DNA from: Felis catus
Lineage: Eukaryota
DNA length: 64,000 bases
NCBI RefSeq assembly: GCF_018350175.1
Contig: NC_058368.1
Location: 129,892,001-129,956,000 of the forward strand
Direction of reading: 5' to 3'
Shown here: positions 13,100 to 24,557 of the stretch, piece by piece
Numbering within the stretch: position 1 is the stretch's first letter
Layout of the letters: the number at the start of each line of letters is the position of its first letter
Made by a program: the position numbers and the translations under genes
The notes under the pieces: generated by a model
What the model was told of the DNA's origin: nothing
Seen by the model: only the letters and a program-made list of their open reading frames with translations
The model's database searches: none

Positions 13100-13147
13100 G
13101 GCCCACTAATGTGGAAGATATGAATGCACTATTAATCAAAGATGCTG
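13100..13147 (+). CDS. IPO11: IPO11 coding exon 7 (48 nt): (G)PTNVEDMNALLIKDA
   Basis: tttttacag|GG ... GCTG|gtatgt. Confidence 0.95.
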
Positions 13148-13951
13148 GTATGTTAAACTAAAGTGATTTTAAAACATTGATTTCTTGAGTAATAAATATT
13201 TGGTATGTCTAGTTTGTGGCAGGTGTTACTCTGGGAGGTTGGGATACAGGGGTACCTACAATTTAGGAACTGTGTGGTGGGGGAGATAAGCAGACCGTTG
13301 ATTATAACATAGTACGAGTTGATTAATTCTAAAATAGGTGGCAGTTAAGTAGTACATTGGAAAACCAAAAGGAGTTTTGGTATGCCTAGGGAAAGGCTCC
13401 TAAAGAAGTGTAATATGAGAACACCAGGATCAGTGGGAGTTAGCAAGGGGAGGGGGCCTGTATGAGAAGAGAGTTCCAGGCAGAAGGAGCAGTATGTACA
13501 AAAACTTGAAGAGAAAGGGAGCAAATGCAGTTAAGTTTTGAACTGGGAGTATTTTGGTTTAAACAGAACGGAACATAAAGCCTTAACGGTTTGTGCTGAG
13601 AGATGAGGATGGAGAGAGGTAGGTATGTAGGGACCAGATCATAAAATACTGTGACCCTTTGGAAGCAGATGTTGCTTTTTAATTTTTATAATTTGATTTG
13701 AATAGTTTTAATTGAATGCAATTTTCTGTTTGAAAGCACTAAGGGCTGTTTAGGAAAAAGTGTCTAAAGAAGCTTTAATCTTTCTGAAATTGCTATTTAA
13801 GTGATTTGTCTGATTAACATTGTAAATTTTCCCTTATTAGTATATTACATGTTTTAAAGTAGTTCCTAAGGATTAGTTTCTTACATAGGATACTTAACAT
13901 TTGGCCCAGCATCTGAAATTAAATTTTTTTTTTCTCAAATCTTCTTTGTAG

Positions 13952-14057
13952 TGTATAATGCTGTTGGATTAGCAGCTTATGAGCTGTTTGACAGTGTTGA
14001 TTTTGATCAGTGGTTTAAAAACCAACTTCTTCCAGAATTACAAGTCATTCACAATAG
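13952..14057 (+). CDS. IPO11: IPO11 coding exon 8 (106 nt): (V)YNAVGLAAYELFDSVDFDQWFKNQLLPELQVIHN(R); GC donor
   Basis: cttctttgtag|TG ... AATAG|gcaagt; the GC donor keeps the frame with the next exon (AG|A = Arg). Confidence 0.93.
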
Positions 14058-14888
14058 GCAAGTATGAAATTTGGTGTTTATGATATACTTATTTTACTTT
14101 TTAATTTTCTGATGAAGACAAGACATTAAAATTGCATAAAATTTTTAAAAAGTTATAGTATGACTTAGCTGGTAGTATCAAGTGTAAAAAAAGATGTGCT
14201 GTTTACAGGTAAGAAAAATAAAGACACTTATGTTATTTTACTTCACATGTGAATTGTCACAAGTATGAAATGTTTGTTGTTAGATAAGATACTTTGCAGG
14301 AGGAAATTTTATGCAAAAGTAAGGGAAGATGGAGGTCGCTGAAATGTAGGAAGAAAATGTGTACAAAAGAAAGCCAGTGGGATACTTAGCATGAGCTGAG
14401 CCTGGTGTGATTAGTAGTCTAGCACACGGGGTAGCCCTGAAAAGTGACTGACTGTCTTGGGACCACACAGCATGCTGCAAGTCTGGAAGAGGGTAGATAG
14501 GATGAAGGGACACCATGGCGGAAAGAATTTGGACACACTTTAGGGCTGTGTTGTGTTGCCTCATTGAGTAGGACAGACCTTTCTGACACTTAGTAGGACT
14601 TTTCCCAGTTCTTAGGTTTCATATGTATTTAAGTACTTGACTACTTGATTTTAGGTACCGAGTGACCAAAATGTAAGGGAAAAGGACTCTCATAGTTTCT
14701 GTAATTTTTTTCTTCTGATTTATTTCTGTAGATGTGGTGCCTATCAGAATGTGTCGCATGTAGTCTTAGATAGCGTTTTTTAACTACAATAATGAATGAA
14801 TAGAAGATATCCACGTATGGCTCATTTTATAAATCTTGAGAGCCATAGAACTGTAGAGTTGGAGATGCTTTAAAAGTAATTTTGACAA

Positions 14889-15085
14889 TGGGTGGCTGGG
14901 TGGCTCAGTCGGTTAAGGCTTCCATGTTGATTTTGGCTCAGCTCACAGTTCATGAGATCGAGCCAAGCCCCAAGTCAGGCTCTGTGCTGGCAGCGTGGAA
15001 CCTGCTTGGGATTCTGTCTGTCCTCTCTATCTGCTCCTTTCCTGCTTTCGCTTTCTCTTTCTCTAGAAATAAACATTTTTTTTTA
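14889..15085 (+). mobile_element. CanSINE with TSD ttaaaagtaattttg
   Basis: gggtggctcagtcggttaag head; aataaacat tail; duplicated flank. Confidence 0.88.
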
Positions 15086-15322
15086 AAAGTAATTTTGCGC
15101 AATAAGTTGCTATTTATTGGTTGAGTTAATCATTTATTCAGTCATTGAATATTTTCAGTTTGCCATGAATTTGCTATGCCCCGTAAAGTGTGTGGTGAGT
15201 AAGATGTATTGTGACTCTGCCCACAGGAAGTTAGTGAACCTTTGATCTAGAGAAAGCCTTCAGTAGAAAGACACATGTGTGCTTTGATTTTCCTTAAAGC
15301 CTAGAGGCTATTTACTCTAGAT

Positions 15323-15575
15323 CTGTGTTGTCAGGTACAGTACCTGCTACATATGGCTAATGAGTAGTTGAAATGAATTTAATAAAAGTGATGAAATGAC
15401 TTTAAATTGAAAACCTGGGGAGTGTAAAATATGTATTGATGTTGAAATGATAGTATTTTGGATATATTGAGATAAATAAAAATATGAAAATTTTACTTTT
15501 TACTTATTTTAATGTGGGTAATAAAAAATGTAAAATCACATATTTGCTTACATTATATTTCTTCTGGACTGAGCT
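15323..15575. mobile_element. hAT-Charlie relic (MER3/MER33-like)
   Basis: ctacatatggctaatgagtagttgaaatg ... cattatatttcttctggactgagctg resembles MER3/MER33. Confidence 0.5.
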
Positions 15576-15584
15576 GATCTAGAC

Positions 15585-15740
15585 CAGTATTTCTCAAACA
15601 TGCATATGAATCTATTGGTGATCTTGTTGAGATGCACGTCCTGATATAGGTTATATTTTAGGGTCTGGGTCAGATTGTATGATTCTGTCACGCTTCCAGG
15701 ATAATGATGCTGCTGGTCCAGGGACCATATTTTGGGGAAT
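15585..15740. mobile_element. MER5A-like hAT relic
   Basis: cagtatttctcaaac ... gatgctgctggtccagggaccata. Confidence 0.6.
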
Positions 15741-16677
15741 AAACTAACTTCTAATTTTAACTCTGCCCAGAAGTGACTGTGATCTAAGTGAACTTAGAAT
15801 TTGAACTTTCTGAGCTTCCTTCTCTGTATCCGGAATAGAATGTTGACCGTAGCAGTCTCGGAGATCTCAGTTCAAAATTGATGGTTCAATGGTTCCTCCA
15901 TTACACTGTATACAAGTCTTGTTTACTTCCACCTCTGTGACTTCGTTTAAACAGTCCCTGTCCCTTCAAATAGCATCTTCTCGATTTTCTACCCAAGTAT
16001 TATTTAGCTTAAAGGCTATTCAATCCCATTTCCCCCACCCACTCCTTTCTCTTCCTTTTCTGAAATCCTAGTATATAGCTTTACATTCTTTAATTCTTTT
16101 AGGTGAGTTGTAAACGTTTTGAGGGCAGGGAATACTTAAACAACTATTTTTCAACTTTAATGAGCAGTTCTTTCTATGTGCTTAGTCATCTTAAAATTTG
16201 ATAATTTTCTAAAAAATGTGGAATCTTCATTAGCTTATTCCATTTATGCACAAAACAGTTATCTCGCCACTAAAATTTATATAGTATCAGTAAGAGACTT
16301 TATGGGTAGAATTCTTAAACATAATTGTTTATAGCTTTGTGGGTCTTTTTTTCTTGCTTTAAAGAGCCTTCATTTCCTTTAGAAAAGACGATCATAGAGA
16401 AAGAAATGGGTATATTGTTACTGAAAATGTTTCACAACTTTAAAAATATCATTTCTGATAATGAGTCACATTCTATGATAGGATACTTAAATTTGAGAGC
16501 TTAGGTGGTTTTGTAGTATGTGTACTGTGGTACATTTAGAAGTGGCTTTTAAGTTTTTATATAAACAATACAGATTGCTTCCTTACTATATTTTAAATTT
16601 AAATGATAAAATACACTAAATGAAGTATACTTTGTAGAATATTTACCATTTTAATTTCATGATTTTTCCCTATTCAG

Positions 16678-16804
16678 ATATAAGCCATTGCGACGCAGGG
16701 TGATTTGGCTCATCGGTCAGTGGATTTCTGTGAAATTCAAGTCTGACTTAAGACCCATGTTATATGAGGCAATTTGTAACTTGCTTCAAGATCAAGACTT
16801 AGTG
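16678..16804 (+). CDS. IPO11: IPO11 coding exon 9 (127 nt): YKPLRRRVIWLIGQWISVKFKSDLRPMLYEAICNLLQDQDLV
   Basis: ccctattcag|A ... GTG|gtatgt; overlaps ORF 16688..16876. Confidence 0.96.
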
Positions 16805-17245
16805 GTATGTTCCTTAAATGTTTTAAGACTATTTTTTATAAGTTTAATTTATGTTAAGCTTCATATTCAGGAATAGTTTATAGATTTAGTATGTTGGTAA
16901 CCTTTCACTCTTGTAGTTATTCCTTGGCAAGCAGTTTGATTTAAGGGAGGGAAGTTCTTTGATTATTATTTACCCTTATCACGAAGAGTCAGTGAAAAGA
17001 CATTTAACTAAACTCTAGTTTTGTAGAGTCAGATGACATTTTTTCAAACGATTCTTTTTTAGCTTACATATTTTTTTTTTCTTATTCAGTATGGATTTTG
17101 TCATTCTCATACTTGAGGTACCACCATCTAGTTCATCTTGACTGTTAATTTTTTCTTTGTCTCTCATTTTTGAAGGGATTTTTGGTGTGTGTGTGTGTTT
17201 TAGCCTTTGGAATTGTTTCCTTTATAATAAGTGTTGACATAATAT

Positions 17246-17382
17246 TCTTTTTTTTGGTAGAGTCAGAGAGGGCACAAGTGGGCAAAGGGCAGAGAGGGAG
17301 AGAGAGAATCCCATGAGGGTCCGAGAGAGAGGGAGAGAAGAGAGGCTCACTCAAAGCGAGGCTTTATTTTATGCCCGAGTGA
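17246..17382 (-). mobile_element. Partial CanSINE
   Basis: T-run followed by gggcagagagggagagagagaatccc. Confidence 0.65.
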
Positions 17383-17671
17383 ATATATTCATGACTTACT
17401 GTACATATTCCTTGTGTTGGGCTTAGACTGGACCCTAGCATAGTCTTGAAAAGATGGAGTCTACTTGTCTTTTACTCAGTTTCAAGTTATTTTTATGTAA
17501 AAATACGTGATTTTTTTTTTCTGCCCCCGAATTAGGCTGAGGTCTTGTTTAATCATTTCTCAGTATACTCCTTTAAAAAATTTTTTGAACCCATTCTATC
17601 AGCCTGTTTTTCAGCAAAAGCTTGGGCCATCCTTTTCTCATTTCCACGTGTGTACATAAGCTACTTTCTGT

Positions 17672-17672
<1 letters not shown>

Positions 17673-17718
<46 letters not shown>
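17673..17718. repeat. (GT)n microsatellite
   Basis: About 23 perfect GT units. Confidence 0.95.
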
Positions 17719-17719
<1 letters not shown>

Positions 17720-17847
17720 TTAGCCATTGCAATTGTTTCCTTTATAATAAGTGTTGACATAATATTTTTTTTTTTTTTGAAGAGTCAGAGAGGGTCAGAA
17801 AAATAATGTTCTGTGAAGGAAAACATAATTAGAAAGGTAAACCTGTT

Positions 17848-18020
17848 GGCACTCCTGGGTGGCTCAGTTGGGTGAGCATCCAGCTCTTGGTTTCAGCTCA
17901 GGCCATGAACCCAGTGTTGTGGGATCAAGCCCCGGACTGGGCTCTGCACTGTGTGTGGAGCCTGCTTAAGATTCTCTCTTTCTCTATTGCTCTCCCAATT
18001 AAAAATAAATAAATAAATAA
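17848..18020 (+). mobile_element. CanSINE
   Basis: cctgggtggctcagttgg head; (AAAT)n tail. Confidence 0.88.
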
Positions 18021-19203
18021 ACCCATTGTAGAAGCTCAGTGTATTCCAAAGGCAGATAGAACTGTTATTTGGATTTGTCACTTGGCCATTATCTACTTTG
18101 TGTAAATAGTTGGGAATTTACTCTAAATATAATGCTGTAACTATTAAATAGTTTAAACATGGGAAGTTACAAGGGAATCCAGTTTTATTTTACCATGTCT
18201 AAATTCTTAAAAGTTTATTAATAAAACTGTTTAGATTACTGTTTGCTGGAATGAGTTTACTTTTGTAATACCTTTAAAGTATTTATAGGTTTGTTTTTCT
18301 TTGCCCAGTTGGAAACATTTGCTCTTTTCTCAGAGGTATCAGACAGAAGACATTAAATGTTTTATGAAAGTGTTACAAAAGGATTAAATTTCACTTAAGT
18401 TTTCTTAGGGAAATCGAGAAATTTTTTGAATCTTTTACTCATTTTTGAGGTATCTGTTCAGAAAGAAATAAGAGAAATTTAATTCTGCACTTTAAGAGTG
18501 GAACATTAATTACATCCCAATAAGTATTACTGGAGAAAAAGGGTTTCATGGCTGGATAAGTTTGGAAAACACTGGGCTAAATATTCCAGTAGTCCTCTTT
18601 GCTTTAGGACTGAGGAGAACCTTTGAAACATACATTTGAATAGGGACTATCCAAGATGACACATACACTAATATCTAAGGAATACTCTTAGAGGGAATGC
18701 TGCTATAGGTTCAGCTTTTGCCCTTTTCCTGTGTATCTTCTGGTGATTTCATCTCAGTTTTACACCTTCTACACTTGTTTGATCCTGCCACCGATATTTT
18801 GTTGATACTTCTTAAGACTTTGTTTAGTAAGGTACCAAGTTAAGGTTGCACACTTTGGCCTTCTAGTGTGTATAAGATCTTTAATTTCAACTTGTGAGAA
18901 ATGCTGGCTAATGTGGGAGGATACTTTATACACATATTTATGTACACGGCAGTATACAAACACGTAGTATGTACATATGTATAGATGTGTTCATGTGTGT
19001 ATATATGCATGTGCTTATACAGATACTGCTGAATCTAAATGTTCTCTGGCTTTCGTAATCTACATTATCTTGCTTGAGTGCTTTTACAGGGTTGGGATAG
19101 ATTTAATCCTGAGCAAGTATGGTTATCTATGTGGCTTCCTAACCTTATAACCACGTCGTCACAAGACTGGCTGCAACAGAGTAGAGATAGTGCAGGTGCA
19201 CCG

Positions 19204-19533
19204 GGGGCACCTGGGTGGCTCAGTCAGTTAAGCATCTGACTTCGGCTCCGGTCATGATCTCACGGTCCATGAGTTCAGTCAAGCCACATTCGGGCAAGCT
19301 CGAGCCACTTCGAGTTCTACGTGGGCAATGTGGAACCTGTATGGAATCCTCTCTCTCCCTCTCTCCCTCTCTCCCTCTCTCCCTCTCTCCCTCTCTCCCT
19401 CTCTCCCTCTCTCCCTCTCTCCCTCTCTCCCTCTCTCCCTCTCTCCCTCTCTCCCTCTTTCTCCCTCTCCCTCTCTCTCTCTCTCTCCCCCTCCCTCTCT
19501 CTCTCTCTCCCCCTCTCTCCCCCTCTCTCTCCC

Positions 19534-19565
<32 letters not shown>

Positions 19566-19583
19566 CCTCTCTCTCTCTCCCTC

Positions 19584-19618
<35 letters not shown>

Positions 19619-19700
19619 GCCCCTTGTTTACTTGTGCCCCTCCCCCAAAATTAATAAATAAATGAATAACTGAGTTTTAAAAAGGCTAAATCTTTAAAAA
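19204..19700 (+). mobile_element. CanSINE with expanded ~270-nt (CT)n tract (19349-19618)
   Basis: ggggcacctgggtggctcagtcagttaag head; CTCTCTCC-type repeats; aataaataaat tail. Confidence 0.9.
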
Positions 19701-20652
19701 AATATATAATGCAGTTACTGGAGAAAGCAACTTCTCAAATAGGACTCCATAAATTTTATAGTATCCAAGGCCACTGGGTGGAGTACATCTCTATCTCTGA
19801 TAGTTGCCTGACATTTTGACATTGTCATTTGATCTGGGGGAGTATAATGCATATTGAGTGAATTTCTTTCCTTTAGTTGAAACGTTTAACTAGATAAAGA
19901 ATTTAGTCGTGGCTTGAGTTCATGTTATGTTTTGTGGAAACTCTGGGTATCGTAGCCTCTGCCAGTTTAGCTGACCAAATCCCAGAAAACCCTTGAAAGA
20001 GAGCGATAGGGATGATGCTGTTGTGGTGTGATTTGCCCGGATAACATGCTGACACACAAATTAAGATTTGGAAGTGTCAGGAACTTGTACAAATCTTTGT
20101 GTATTTGTGAACTTTGGAATTTAGAAAATCTCAAAATAGATCTTTGGATATTTCACGGATTTCCTGTAATTGTGGTTGCAGATGGGAATGTGTGTTGTTC
20201 CTTCTCCCTCCTCTTTCCATTTTCTCCTCCCTCCCTCTTCACCAAACATCTGCCAGCTTCACCAGCCTCACCCATTTGCCTGTCTCTCATCTGTGATCTC
20301 AGCCTTCTTTCCCTGTGTGGCAGCACCTTTGTATTCTTCTCTTAGTCCCACCCTTGTCTCACACTTAGGGCAAATTATCCATTTTCCTGGAAGCACCCCC
20401 TGGATTAAAGACTGTTGAAACAAATTATGAGAAACTGAGAAGGGTGGGAATGGACACTAGTTGATAGTTGACTTTTTCAAGTCTTGTTGCAAAATAAGAG
20501 GAATATTCTTTTATTTCCAGATGTTAATAACCTCTGTGACTTTAATATTAGCAAAAAGTAAAAGTGATTTGGAATAAATTTCCTGCCATTTGATATTAAT
20601 GATATTTAGTAGTTTCAGAATTATTAAAATCTCATGATGTCCTTTCTTTTAG

Positions 20653-20686
20653 GTCCGTATCGAAACAGCGACAACACTGAAGTTAA
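20653..20686 (+). CDS. IPO11: IPO11 coding exon 10 (34 nt): VRIETATTLKL; followed by U12 AT donor
   Basis: tttcttttag|GTC ... TTAA|atatcctt. Confidence 0.93.
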
Positions 20687-20997
20687 ATATCCTTTAAAGA
20701 ATTTAAAAATACTTCATTGTGATGGGGTGCCTGGCTGGCTCAGACAGTGGAGTGTGTGACTTTTGATCTGAGGGATGTGAGTTCCAGTCCCATGTTGGGT
20801 GTAGAGATTACTTAAAAATAAAATCTTTAAAATAAAAAATACTTCATTGTGAAGAATTTTAACACTTTTAAGTAACTTTTTTTGCGAAATTTGTTAGATC
20901 GCTTAAAATATAGTTTTTGATTATTATATTTGGGTTTTAGATCTATTTTATTCTGATGAACCTCATACATTCTCAGTGTTCCTTAACTGCTCTTTAC
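20687..20997 (+). other. U12-type (minor spliceosome) AT-AC intron, 311 nt
   Basis: 5' ATATCCTT at 20687; branch site TTCCTTAAC at 20979-20987; terminal TAC at 20995-20997; splicing restores ...LKL-T-VDD... Confidence 0.93.
20724..20834 (+). mobile_element. Short CanSINE inside the U12 intron, with 18-bp TSD
   Basis: ggggtgcctggctggctcag head; TSD AAAAATACTTCATTGTGA at 20705-20722 and 20835-20852. Confidence 0.9.
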
Positions 20998-21038
20998 CTG
21001 TTGATGATTTTGAATTTAGAACAGATCAGTTTCTGCCG
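20998..21038 (+). CDS. IPO11: IPO11 coding exon 11 (41 nt): (T)VDDFEFRTDQFLP
   Basis: tctttac|CT (AC acceptor) ... CCG|gtgaga. Confidence 0.93.
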
Positions 21039-22377
21039 GTGAGAATATTTTTAAGATTGATCACAATCTGCTATGTCTTTTGCAAATTAAGTGTTATTTT
21101 ATAAATGAAATTATATGTATGTGATACTTATTGAAGCCAAATTTAAAAGTCCATTAAGATTTTGGAAGTTTACTACCTTTATTGGTAATTTTTTAATTCA
21201 TAACTGTTTATACTTATATTCTGCCTTTTTTTTTTTTTTTTTAAGCTATCTTAACTGTTTTGGAGGTGACTGTTAAACTTTTTTTTTTTTTTTTACCTTT
21301 TTTCCAATTACAAAACATCTAGTAACTTCGTTTTATCTGTGTCTGTTACTTATAGTCCTCAACTATTTCTTTGTGTATATATGCCTGTATCCTGCATTAG
21401 ATTGTAAATTACTTGAATAGTAGAACACCAAATCCTAATGGGTCATCTTTTTATTCTTCATTTAATTCCCAGAAGCCCACATGGTGTTTCACTTAACAGG
21501 TACTCAGTTAAATATGTTAATAAGACTATGGCAGTAGTATTTATTCTTAGGAAGACTAGGCAAGAAGAAAGTTACATGATAAAGTGTCTGTGTGTACTTC
21601 TTGTGGAGGTCGTACATGGACAAACTTGTAGAGAGGATTTTCATTAGGAAAAGAATCATTAGATATTTTGGGATGAAATAAATATGTTTTAGAAATCTGC
21701 TTAAAAATGAACTATCTGGAAGATCAGATGTGTGTTTTATTTAAGTATTTGGCATTCTGTGACCTATTAATCCCTACTGTCATTTTGTAATCTAGGCGTT
21801 AACAGCCAGACATGGATATTTGTTTCCTATTTCCTAATAATAAATATTCGGTCATTCTTTGAATAACAGATATATATCTATGGAAAGTGAGATCTCCATG
21901 CAGCATATCTTAAGGGCCACATCAGAGAGCTGGTATGCGAGTATACTTATTGGTATTTCTTTTGTTTTAATGAGTAGACTTTGCAAAACAAAGTATCTTG
22001 TGATTGGCAACAGGCACACAAGGACACTGACCAGACAACGTTAGCAGCTTAGTTTAGCGGTATAAAATTTAAACGCAAAATTTGGACACGGTTTTCCACT
22101 GAAAACATGGTTCACTTTGTGGATGAGTTTAATTCTAAAATGGACCAATTAAGGAACAATAAGAAAAAGAAAATCCCCCCCCCCCCCAAAAAAAAAGAAT
22201 GCGATTCCTAAACGTTGGCAACTTGAACAATTTCAGCTTTCTTTAGGTAATGCTGGAGTTCTGGTTGCTGATCTCTTATTTATTGCTTTGACATTATGAT
22301 TTAATTTTGTTATTTCAGTTTGTGAAGATATTTCTATTTCTCTTATGACCCTTTGTTTTTTTTCTGTTTACCTGCAG

Positions 22378-22494
22378 TATTTGGAAACCATGTTCACACT
22401 ACTTTTTCAGCTGCTGCAGCAAGTTACAGAATGTGACACAAAGATGCATGTTTTGCATGTCCTTTCCTGTGTGATTGAAAGAGTAAATATACAG
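22378..22494 (+). CDS. IPO11: IPO11 coding exon 12 (117 nt): YLETMFTLLFQLLQQVTECDTKMHVLHVLSCVIERVNIQ
   Basis: cctgcag|TAT ... CAG|gtaatt. Confidence 0.96.
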
Positions 22495-23701
22495 GTAATT
22501 TTGTTGTAAAACATTCAGTGTCAGGTGAGTGGAGTATATGTAGGATTGCAGTAATAGCTTTGCTTTATCTACATTGTTTAAAAGTTAACACATTAAAATG
22601 CTTATAACCTATACGGTTGTGATTTTGCTTATATTGACATGTGTACTCGCATTTTAGAAAAATGACTTGAGAATATTAAAATCTAAAATTAAAAAATTTT
22701 AAAATGGGATCAGTAATGTAGAGGGGTTCAGAATGCAGAATTTTATCTGTCTTAGTAGAACCAGTTTATATTTAATAATACTTCTTAAAATTCAGTGTGT
22801 TTGAGGACATAGCCACAGGTGTGTCAGCAAATGCAGCTATTTTCAGAGGTCGGTTATATTTACCTTCAAAATTAAATGTGTTTTGCAGTTTGGTCCACAT
22901 TATGTCCATGTTTAGCTTAATATAAAAATGATATGTAAAGTTCTCAACAGATATTAAATGTTAAGTTAGTTATTCAGCTTCCCTATGTCTCCTAATTTGT
23001 GTGAAAAACTAATAATCCAAGAAACTACCTTATAATTAATTACCCTTGTGGTTTCTCATATCCTAGTTCACCACTCCATATCCTTGTTCGAAAAGTACTG
23101 AAGTAAATCTGTGAGTTACTAGGGAAAGATAACTGAATTCATGTCCCCAGATTTGGAGTTTGTTCCTGTGTCTTTTAGTGAGTTCTGATTGCTTGAGCTT
23201 GTTCTAAAGTAATTGATGAGAATTGCTATCAATTACTGAATAATACTAAGTTACCAACTTCCATGCTAAATAATTTGCATATATTTCTCATTTAATCCTC
23301 ACAAGAACCTTTGGGTGAGGGTTGGAATTTATCATCTCGAACAGTTTGAGATTTTAAGGAACTTGTCAAAGTACATACATCTTGGTGGTATTACCAGCCT
23401 CCGCAGTCAGCATGCAGCTCCAGCGGCAGTTTTGAGTCACTGTTAATCACTTTGAGCAGATCTGGGTTCGAGTGTCTAAAAATAGTGTTACCTTACAATT
23501 TCCTTAGTGTTTGGGATTCTTATTACGTTAGTTACGTTAGTTACGTTATTTCATTTTGATACTCGTTTATGAAGAATATTGAGAGATTTTGATCATCCAG
23601 ATAGTTAATTGAGACTCTTTTAAACTCCTTTCAAGTGCTTGTGTCTCCTGTGTCGTTTGGGTAAGGTCTTTAAGTTTGTGTCCTTATGTGTATATATATA
23701 T

Positions 23702-23941
23702 ATTTTTTTTAATGTTTATTACTGAGAGAGAGAGAGAGAGAGAGTGCGCACGTGCGCGCAGGGGAGGGGTAGAGAGAAGGAAACACAGAATCTGAAGCAG
23801 GCTTCAGGCTCTGAGCTGTCAGCACAGAGTCTGATGTGGGGCCTGAATTCACGGAGTGGTGAGATAATAACTCATGGAGTGGTGAGATAATAATCTGAGC
23901 TGAAGTCAGATGCTTAACTAGTCGAGCCACCCAGGTGCTCC
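23702..23941 (-). mobile_element. CanSINE with internal ~23-bp tandem duplication
   Basis: ...gagccacccaggtgctcc; ggagtggtgagataataa occurs twice. Confidence 0.9.
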
Positions 23942-24239
23942 ATTGTGTCTAAAATAATAAAGACAATTCTGAAATCACTTGACTCACAGGTGTCTTAAGT
24001 ATGAAATTATTACACATGTGCAGTATGCTTTAGATCATTATACAAATGCAGTAAATTATTATTCATTAAAAAATTGTAGAAACAAGATGTGACCATTTTT
24101 TGTAATCTTATTTAGATACCATCTGGCTAATGGAAATGTATTAAAGATTTCTTTCTGTGGAAATGAATTTTCTTACCTACATCCTCCCGAATCTCTAAAT
24201 CTTTTTAATCCTAGGTTGAAATTCCTCATGCTTAGTAAA

Positions 24240-24557
24240 ATTTAAAGTTTATTTAAATTTAATTAATTTATTTATAAATAAATTATAAATATTTATTATA
24301 ATTTATTAAAATATAAATATTTATTTATATTTATAAATAAAATTTATTTATTTTTTTTGAGACAGAGAGTGTGTGCTTGTGTGTGCACAAGTGTGGGGGA
24401 ATGGCAGAGGGTAGGAGAGAGAGAGAGAATCCCTGTCAGGCTCTGTACTGTCACTGCTGAGCCTCACGCAGGGCTTGAACCCGTGAACCATGAGATTATG
24501 ACCTGAGATGAAACCAAGAGTTGGACACTAAACTGACTGAGCTACCCAGGTGTCCCC
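24240..24557 (-). mobile_element. CanSINE with extended AT-only tail and TSD cctcatgcttagtaa
   Basis: ...gactgagctacccaggtgtcccc; duplicated flank. Confidence 0.9.

Larger units (their letters stand above)
14058..16677 (+). other. GC-AG intron of IPO11
   Basis: Donor AG|GCAAGT has an otherwise perfect consensus; the frame requires this site. Confidence 0.9.

Noticed and set aside
19215..19665. Three overlapping SLP-rich ORFs
   Set aside because: Same CT-repeat artefact within a SINE.
20008..20055. Possible box C/D snoRNA (gatgatg...ctga)
   Set aside because: Box C is imperfect, the spacing is too short and there is no terminal stem.
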